NCBI GenBank assembly: GCA_019057375.1
Contig: DXJF01000104.1
Coordinates: 1-64,000 of the forward strand
Length of the DNA: 64,000 bases
Direction: 5' to 3'
Source: Candidatus Heimdallarchaeota archaeon
GTDB lineage: Archaea > Asgardarchaeota > Heimdallarchaeia > Heimdallarchaeales > Heimdallarchaeaceae
Shown here: piece by piece, positions 29,397-34,956 of the stretch
How positions within the stretch are numbered: the stretch's first letter is position 1
Layout of the letters: each line of letters begins with the position of its first letter
Made by a program: the position numbers and the translations under genes
The notes under the pieces: model-generated
The model's database searches: none
What the model saw: only the letters and a program-made list of their open reading frames with translations
What the model was told of the DNA's origin: nothing

Positions 29397-29549
29397 TTAT
29401 ATATATCTTACTGCTACTAGAGCTCCTCCAAAAACTACACCAAGAGCGTATAGAAATACTGGTAGAGCGAATCTGAGAAATCTATATAGATATACTATTG
29501 GTCTTGAAATTTTGAGTTTATAAAACCACACAGGTCGTCTGTAATTCAT
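29397..29549 (-). CDS. 50-aa aromatic/basic membrane microprotein (MNYRRPVWFYKLKISRPIVYLYRFLRFALPVFLYALGVVFGGALVAVRYI)
   Basis: GGAGGTG SD before ATG; C-terminal TM helix. Confidence 0.65.
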   Translation of the reverse strand: MNYRRPVWFYKLKISRPIVYLYRFLRFALPVFLYALGVVFGGALVAVRYI

Positions 29550-29580
29550 TCCTTTTCACCTCCAAATCAGTTATAGAAAA

Positions 29581-29621
29581 AGGGAGAGCTTCAGCTTACC
29601 CTGGAAGAGGGTATTGCTGAA
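29581..29621 (-). promoter_or_regulatory. Switchable hairpin over the stop codon of the basic peptide, cassette A (attenuator-like)
   Basis: TTCAGC-AA-TACCCT-CTTCC-AGGGTA-A-GCTGAA; alternative AGGG(TA)AGC-TGAA-GCT(CT)CCCT followed by T-run. Confidence 0.5.
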
Positions 29622-29742
29622 AAGCTAAACCTAAACGAGATTTTGATCTTAGGGCGCGACGAGCTCTCTTGAACTGCTTTAACTCCTTTTGGAGTGCCTT
29701 AACCTTTTGGTCCAACAAGTTTGAAACTTCATCATACTTCAT
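29596..29742 (-). CDS. 48-aa Arg/Lys-rich coiled-coil microprotein, cassette A (MKYDEVSNLLDQKVKALQKELKQFKRARRALRSKSRLGLAFQQYPLPG)
   Basis: AAGGTGA SD; 24/48 identical to 31829-31975 without gaps. Confidence 0.8.
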   Translation of the reverse strand: MKYDEVSNLLDQKVKALQKELKQFKRARRALRSKSRLGLAFQQYPLPG

Positions 29743-29768
29743 TTTTTTCACCTTGTGATTTCTTTCAC

Positions 29769-29862
29769 ATGTAGGACTTGCTGCGACATCCTATATAAAG
29801 GAGTTTGAGTGGGAAATTGTTGTCACAAAGAGAAATGTGAATGTCGGACTTAATGCGACATC
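29769..29862 (-). promoter_or_regulatory. Cassette A promoter: TATA (CTTTATATAG, 29791-29800) with two copies of a 21-22 bp operator-like palindrome
   Basis: ATGTAGGACTTGCTGCGACATC (29769-29790) and ATGTCGGACTTAATGCGACATC (29841-29862). Confidence 0.65.
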
Positions 29863-30030
29863 ATAAACATATGTGCAAGGATGCACACACACGTAATTCA
29901 CAGATTTAAAGGGCTAAATAGTAGATATGAAGTATTTCAGCTTTGCGGCAAAAATTACCTATTGTGTTAAAAAGATGTAGTCTTTTGGACAACTATTTTG
30001 ATTAGCAGAACAAAAAAAGAGATCATAAAA

Positions 30031-30477
30031 CTACCTGATTCGATCAGTGGAATCAGCTTTAGATTTAGCCTTAGAGGTGGAAGAGGAGACAATCTCTGAA
30101 ACTTCAGGATAAGTAGTAACTGTAACTGCTTCAACATCCCTCGCGATGTCTGGTTCTACACCGATCTTCTGAAGTGCTTTGACATACTTATCTGTTAAGA
30201 AGAAATCTGCCATTTCAAGCCAACTAGTGGTTACTAAAACAGGAAATCTATTAAAATCTAATGCACATTTATGAGTATCTTCAGTTAAATCTTGTATTGT
30301 ATCAATAGTTCCACATTTCAAACATATTCTCAAACGAGAAGATTTTTTGTATAAATCATTCATTGCTTCTTGATACAAATGTAAGCCTTGATCAAGCGGA
30401 GCATCCCATAGATCAAGAGCAAAGCGTCTTGCTCGGGAGCGAATTACTTTCTTTTTTGCGTTAGACATATCAGCCAT
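30031..30477 (-). CDS. CxxC-HxC putative zinc-finger protein, paralog 6
   Basis: SRLRICLKCG...HKC...FPVLVTTSWLEMADFF. Confidence 0.8.
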   Translation of the reverse strand: MADMSNAKKKVIRSRARRFALDLWDAPLDQGLHLYQEAMNDLYKKSSRLRICLKCGTIDTIQDLTEDTHKCALDFNRFPVLVTTSWLEMADFFLTDKYVKALQKIGVEPDIARDVEAVTVTTYPEVSEIVSSSTSKAKSKADSTDRIR

Positions 30478-30489
30478 TGTGCATCCCTC

Positions 30490-30520
30490 ATGTATTATTA
30501 AGTCCTACATCATTATAAAG
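30490..30520 (-). promoter_or_regulatory. Paralog 6 promoter: TATA (CTTTATAATG) followed by the cassette A operator
   Basis: ATGTAGGACTTAATAATACAT on the minus strand, matching 29769 and 29841 sites. Confidence 0.65.
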
Positions 30521-30583
30521 TTTGGCCCTATGGCACAAATTTCCTAATCTTGGTTTATGTTTTAAATTAAAAAAAAAGAGAGT

Positions 30584-30733
30584 TTAAGATAAGTTTGCTA
30601 GAGATAGAAATGCTACTACAAACAAAGCAACTGAAAACACTATGAGTATTGTATACCCCAAGAGTGTTCCTGCGTTTGTTCTTGTTTTTTCTATCCACAT
30701 TTTTCTTTTAGTGTTATTCACGTTTTTGGCCAT
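30584..30733 (-). CDS. 49-aa single-TM microprotein, cassette B (MAKNVNNTKRKMWIEKTRTNAGTLLGYTILIVFSVALFVVAFLSLANLS)
   Basis: GAGGTGG SD; homolog of 28964-29113. Confidence 0.7.
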   Translation of the reverse strand: MAKNVNNTKRKMWIEKTRTNAGTLLGYTILIVFSVALFVVAFLSLANLS

Positions 30734-30779
30734 TTATTCCACCTCGGTTTTTTTATGCAGATTTCTCCTCATAGTTTTA

Positions 30780-30897
30780 GGATTAGAAGGACCAAACTTA
30801 CTGGCTAGCAAGGGGGATAGCTGTTCAGTCTGGTCTTCCCGATCCCATCCTGGTGATGAAATCTGACTAATGAATGTTTCAGCAAGAAACAATCAGC
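30780..30897 (-). ncRNA. Putative structured leader/ncRNA, cassette B
   Basis: Same 23-nt element (30875-30897), 29-nt linker, GGAT/ATCC + GGAA/TTCT + GACCAGACT/AGTTTGGTC stem at 30780-30845. Confidence 0.5.
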
Positions 30898-30975
30898 TTG
30901 ATTTTTTTTAATTTAATTTTTGTAAAAAAATTCGAAAGAAGAAAATGGTTTTGAACATTTTCTTCCCCGTTACAA

Positions 30976-31392
30976 TTATCTAACTACATATATGTCAGCA
31001 TTTGTTTTAGCAACTCTAACTAAAACATATTCTACACCATCAGTTATTGATATTCTAGTTAATTCCTCAGCCACATCATCAACTGCATCTAATCTAACTA
31101 AATCAACAACAGCTGTGTTACCTAAAGCTGCTCTAACCACATATACATCTGCATCATCAACCTCATTAGTTCTGAATACTTCAATTGCTGCATTATCAAC
31201 TGTAGCAATTACCACATAATCAGAGTAATTTTCAGTTGCAGCTACAACATTATTGTAAGTTAAATTTATACTTGCTAGAGATACGATCAAAGCTACGATC
31301 ATTGGTAGAACTACTAATAATATTCTAGTTAGGTTAATTTCAGGACTAGTAAAATTTAGTCGAGCTAATAATTCTTTAGCAGATCTTTTCAT
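30976..31392 (-). CDS. 138-aa single-TM protein with six 12-13-residue beta-type repeats
   Basis: AGGAGGTGA SD; TM ~24-42; repeats at residues 62-138 each end in Arg. Confidence 0.8.
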   Translation of the reverse strand: MKRSAKELLARLNFTSPEINLTRILLVVLPMIVALIVSLASINLTYNNVVAATENYSDYVVIATVDNAAIEVFRTNEVDDADVYVVRAALGNTAVVDLVRLDAVDDVAEELTRISITDGVEYVLVRVAKTNADIYVVR

Positions 31393-31459
31393 TCTTTTTC
31401 ACCTCCTAGAATTTTTCTTTTTCTCCTGAATCTTTTTCAAGTAATTGCAAAAAATTAAT

Positions 31460-31476
31460 GAGCCCTTCATGGGCTC
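31460..31476 (-). terminator. Hairpin GAGCCC-ATGAA-GGGCTC followed by a T-rich run
   Basis: Perfect 6-bp GC-rich stem, then ATTAATTTTTT on the minus strand. Confidence 0.35.
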
Positions 31477-31530
31477 GAATTTGATCGTTCAGAGAGAGAG
31501 TTGTTTAAACAGTGTATCCACCTTCACTAA

Positions 31531-31791
31531 TTAATAGTAAAGCGACCCAAACAGGAGTAATTTTTGAGCAAGTGCTTTGTCCTTAGCCTTTCTCACTTTG
31601 TTCTCTATGCTTTCCTTGGAAATCTCTTTATCAGGTCGGGATTTTTTGTTATCGCGATCAGATAACCCTTCCACAAGTTGCTTGATGAACGAATAATAAA
31701 GCTCCTCATCAATGAATTCAAAATCATACAAAACTTTCATATTGTCAATTACTATTTGGCGCACTGTTTCTACTTGAACTTTGGATGCCAT
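31531..31791 (-). CDS. 86-aa hypothetical protein, cassette B
   Basis: GAGGTGA SD; follows the basic peptide in operon order. Confidence 0.7.
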   Translation of the reverse strand: MASKVQVETVRQIVIDNMKVLYDFEFIDEELYYSFIKQLVEGLSDRDNKKSRPDKEISKESIENKVRKAKDKALAQKLLLFGSLYY

Positions 31792-31814
31792 TCATTTCAC
31801 CTCTATTTGAAAAT

Positions 31815-31854
31815 GGTAAGACTCAAGCTTACCCGTAAATCAGGTATTGCCTGA
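31815..31854 (-). promoter_or_regulatory. Switchable hairpin over the stop codon of the basic peptide, cassette B
   Basis: TCAGGC-AA-TACCTG-ATTTA-CGGGTA-A-GCTTGA (G-U pairs); alternative GGTAAG-N7-CTTACC followed by ATTTT. Confidence 0.5.
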
Positions 31855-31975
31855 TTGGAAATCTAGAACGAGCTTTTGCTCTTCTAGTGCGACGAGCTCT
31901 TTTGAGCTTATTCAACTCCTTGCGGAGTGCCTTAATCTTTCGATCCAACATTAAACTTACTTCTTGTCCATACAT
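31829..31975 (-). CDS. 48-aa Arg/Lys-rich coiled-coil microprotein, cassette B (MYGQEVSLMLDRKIKALRKELNKLKRARRTRRAKARSRFPIRQYLIYG)
   Basis: GAGGTG SD; homolog of 29596-29742. Confidence 0.8.
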   Translation of the reverse strand: MYGQEVSLMLDRKIKALRKELNKLKRARRTRRAKARSRFPIRQYLIYG

Positions 31976-31986
31976 TTCTTTACACC

Positions 31987-32175
31987 TCAAATGTTTGCAA
32001 ATCTCCTTAGGTTCAGGTTAGAGTAGAAGCTAATAGTTGCAGTCAAGTATTGCTCATAGATATCCAATTTCTTGTCTGAATATCTGTTAGATAGAGTTTT
32101 CATGAGTTTATTGAGATCCTCGTAAAGTCTTCGAACCTCGGGATCCAGCAGTTTTTTTATTTCGTTTGTATTCAT
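31987..32175 (-). CDS. 62-aa helical hypothetical protein, first gene of cassette B
   Basis: GAGG SD 8 nt before ATG; stop overlaps the SD of the next ORF. Confidence 0.65.
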   Translation of the reverse strand: MNTNEIKKLLDPEVRRLYEDLNKLMKTLSNRYSDKKLDIYEQYLTATISFYSNLNLRRFANI

Positions 32176-32201
32176 TTTTCATGCCTCAGTATTTTTGTCA
32201 T

Positions 32202-32463
32202 TATTACTGCATTATGCAGCAACTTATTTAAGTGTCGTTATGCAGTAATATATTGCCGCATTGTACAGCAATAAAATAATATTGCTAAGAAACGACAAAA
32301 TAACTTTATGGGGGATTTTAATGTTTAAACACCATTCTATACCCTATAATGTATGTCATAAATAGAGGTAAATATTTCCGTTTAAGTTGTTTTTTCTGCA
32401 GTAATAAAATAACTTTAGGAAATTTTTACCTTGAGATATACATATATATACATTACTGCATAA
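32202..32463. promoter_or_regulatory. Divergent promoter region with repeated TATTRCTGCA-NNN-TGCAGYAATA sites and half-sites
   Basis: Sites at 32202-32224 and 32251-32273; half-sites 32241-32250, 32397-32406, 32451-32460. Confidence 0.6.
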
Positions 32464-32496
32464 ATGTAACATAGAAAAACATTAAGAGGTAAAATC

Positions 32497-32922
32497 TTGC
32501 CTGTAATTAAAGATGCTGAAAAAACACAAATCAAATCCAGAGCCCGTAGATATGCTCAAGATCTAGCTGATGCTCCCTTAAGTTCTGGTTTAGAATTATA
32601 TAGTGAAACTATCTCAAAGCTCCATGATCGTTCTTCCCGATTGCGAATTTGTCTAAAGTGTGGAACTATTGATAAAAAAGAGAGTCTTACTAATAGTAAT
32701 CATCATTGTGCATCTGGCATTGATAAACTCCCTGTTATCATTCTTACAAACTGGGTCATTTTGAAAAATTTCTTTCTCACTGATGAATACACTAAAGCGT
32801 TGCAAAAGCTTGGGGTTGAACCCATCACTGCTAAAACTGTTCCAAGTACAACTTCTTCCAAAGAAGAGAGTGCAGACACCAAAAAACAAATGGAAGAAAC
32901 ATTAGCTGATACAGCCAAGTAG
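32497..32922 (+). CDS. CxxC-HxC putative zinc-finger protein, paralog 7
   Basis: TTG start after GAGGT SD; SRLRICLKCG...HHC...LPVIILTNWVILKNFF; closest to paralog 6. Confidence 0.8.
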   Translation: MPVIKDAEKTQIKSRARRYAQDLADAPLSSGLELYSETISKLHDRSSRLRICLKCGTIDKKESLTNSNHHCASGIDKLPVIILTNWVILKNFFLTDEYTKALQKLGVEPITAKTVPSTTSSKEESADTKKQMEETLADTAK

Positions 32923-32940
32923 ATAAAAGAATTTTCTATT

Positions 32941-33183
32941 TTATAATTTCAGTTTTTCCTTCAGTTCATCATTTGAAGGTTCAACAAGAATCGAGCCATC
33001 TTCAAAAACAATTGTTAGGACTCTGGCTCTGCCATTGTTTAATTCCAATGTTTTTCTTTTTCCGTCTGTATCTGAATCTATGTCAATCTATTTTTAGTGA
33101 ATATTATTCTCATCTAGAAACTTCTTAGATCTTTTGCAATCCCCACACCAATCAGTTCCGTATATTATTTCTATTCTAGTCAT
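32941..33183 (-). pseudogene. Mycoredoxin/NrdH-like glutaredoxin with two in-frame stops
   Basis: YGTDWCGDCKRSKKFL...IH*K*IDID...TIVFEDGSILVEPSNDELKEKL; TAA 33094-33096, TAG 33088-33090. Confidence 0.8.
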
Positions 33184-33288
33184 CTTGAAAAGTCTTCTAA
33201 AAAACACGCATTTAAGGATATTGCATTTATATTAAAAAAATGTACAATTAATTACTTTTTTATACACTTATCGTCCACGCACGATTAA

Positions 33289-34956
33289 GTGAAAAAATGC
33301 ATTAGGAGAAGCGCGTTATTGTTTAACAATGTTATTGTGGCTCAACAAATTGAAGATATACCATTTGAAAATATTCGCTCAGTTAAAGGTGAGATGATTA
33401 TTTCAGAAGACTTTCCAAGTTATCTAATCGATGAATCCAAGATAAGCGGAGGGCATGCTGAATACTTATTTTTCCCAAATACTGAAGAGGAAATAATCTC
33501 GCTCATTAAAAAGATGAAGGAGGAGGAGCTTATGATCACAATATCAGCTGCACGAACAGGAATTGTCGGTAGCGCAGTTCCTTTTGGTGGAGCTGTTCTT
33601 TCTTTAGAGAGGATGGATGGGGTCATTGGCCTAGGTTATGATGAAGAGGTTAAGAAATGGTTTCTAAGAGTGCAACCAGCGATTTCTTTGGCTGAAATAA
33701 ATCACATAGTAAAATTGAAAAAACTTGAACCTGATCAAAGTATTCCTCAAGAAGGGAATTGGGTTGAGAAGTTTGAAAAAGAACATACACATTATTATCC
33801 TGTAGATCCTACTGAAATGACTGCATCAATTGGTGGTACTATTGGAGCAAATGCTAGTGGCGCACGCTCTTTCAAATATGGTTCCACAAGAGAGTGGATA
33901 AGAAGAATTCGGGTAATTATAGGTGCAGGAGAAGTATTGGTCATCCCTAGAGGAAAATACAAGGCAAAAGATGGAAAATTCATTGTAAAAACCTCTAAAG
34001 CAGACTATGAATTAAAATTACCAACTTATAAAATGCCTGGAGCAAAGAATGCTGCAGGACTATATACCAAAAAAGATATGGATTTGATTGATCTTTTTAT
34101 TGGTTCAGAAGGAGTATTCGGTGTGATATCTGAAGCTGATGTTTGGCTGAAAGATCATACACCCCAAATGTCCAATGTAGCGTTTTTCAAAAATGAAAAC
34201 GATGCTTTAGACTTCGTAACTAAACTTAGAGCAAGTGAAAAAATAAAACCAGAATTTATTGAATTTTTTGAAGACCATGCTCTCACCTTATTAAGAAACA
34301 AACAAAAAGAAGACCCTAAGTTTGTGGATATGCCAATAATAGCTGAAGATATAACAACAGCAATTTCTTTTGATCTACCTTACTCTGAGGAAACCCTAAA
34401 TGAATATTTTAGTGAAATTTCCATCATGTTAGAAGAATGTAATTCCTCTTTGAGCAACACCTGGAGTGCATACGAAGACAGGGAAGTAGCACGGATTAAA
34501 CACTTTAGACATGCAGTTCCTGAAATTGTAAACAATATCATTGCTGAGCGTAAAAAAGAATATCCTGAGATTCATAAGCTAGGAACAGACATGTCCGTTG
34601 AAGACAAGTACTTGAAAGAGATAATGAAGTTCTATTATGATACTCTCAAAGAAGTAGGATTAGAGTATGTAATGTGGGGTCATATTGGTGATAATCATGT
34701 TCATGTTAATATTCTCCCACGAGATATTAATGATTTAGAATTAGGAAAGCAAATCTACAAAAAATTTGCAAAGAAAGCTGTTCAGTTTGGGGGATCAGTT
34801 TCTGCAGAGCATGGAATTGGAAAAATCAAACACGAATATCTTCAAATCATGTATGGGGAAGAAGGAGTTCTTCAAATGAGAGAAATTAAGTTCTCACTAG
34901 ATCCAGAATGTGTTTTTAATTGTGGTAATATTTTTGGTAGAGGTGCTAAAAGTTGA
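33289..34956 (+). CDS. FAD-binding oxidoreductase, D-lactate dehydrogenase/GlcD family (start uncertain)
   Basis: ARTGIVGSAVP, ASIGGTIGANASG, IGSEGVFG, GHIGDNHVHVN, SAEHGIGKIK motifs. Confidence 0.85.
   Translation: MKKCIRRSALLFNNVIVAQQIEDIPFENIRSVKGEMIISEDFPSYLIDESKISGGHAEYLFFPNTEEEIISLIKKMKEEELMITISAARTGIVGSAVPFGGAVLSLERMDGVIGLGYDEEVKKWFLRVQPAISLAEINHIVKLKKLEPDQSIPQEGNWVEKFEKEHTHYYPVDPTEMTASIGGTIGANASGARSFKYGSTREWIRRIRVIIGAGEVLVIPRGKYKAKDGKFIVKTSKADYELKLPTYKMPGAKNAAGLYTKKDMDLIDLFIGSEGVFGVISEADVWLKDHTPQMSNVAFFKNENDALDFVTKLRASEKIKPEFIEFFEDHALTLLRNKQKEDPKFVDMPIIAEDITTAISFDLPYSEETLNEYFSEISIMLEECNSSLSNTWSAYEDREVARIKHFRHAVPEIVNNIIAERKKEYPEIHKLGTDMSVEDKYLKEIMKFYYDTLKEVGLEYVMWGHIGDNHVHVNILPRDINDLELGKQIYKKFAKKAVQFGGSVSAEHGIGKIKHEYLQIMYGEEGVLQMREIKFSLDPECVFNCGNIFGRGAKS

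Noticed and set aside
30853-30866. Box C/D sRNA (GTGATGA...CTGA on the plus strand)
   Set aside because: Only 3 nt between the boxes, no room for a guide, and no equivalent pair in cassette A
29283-30897. The 23-nt element (GTTTC...TGAAAC) as a CRISPR repeat or mini-array
   Set aside because: Only two copies 1.6 kb apart, separated by genes, and no cas genes in the window; kept only as an unexplained conserved element
29298-30897. The TGA just before TTG-TTT-CTT as a selenocysteine codon
   Set aside because: In both copies the upstream frame hits another stop within five codons with no start codon
29550-31831. Readthrough of the basic-peptide TAA fusing it to the next gene
   Set aside because: In A the next ORF is in another frame; in B a TGA follows two codons later
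28964-32922. Integrated provirus or plasmid as the explanation for the small-ORF region
   Set aside because: No integrase, tRNA/att repeats, replication or recognisable capsid gene, and the zinc-finger family is interspersed with ordinary genes over 20 kb; a degraded viral origin is not fully excluded
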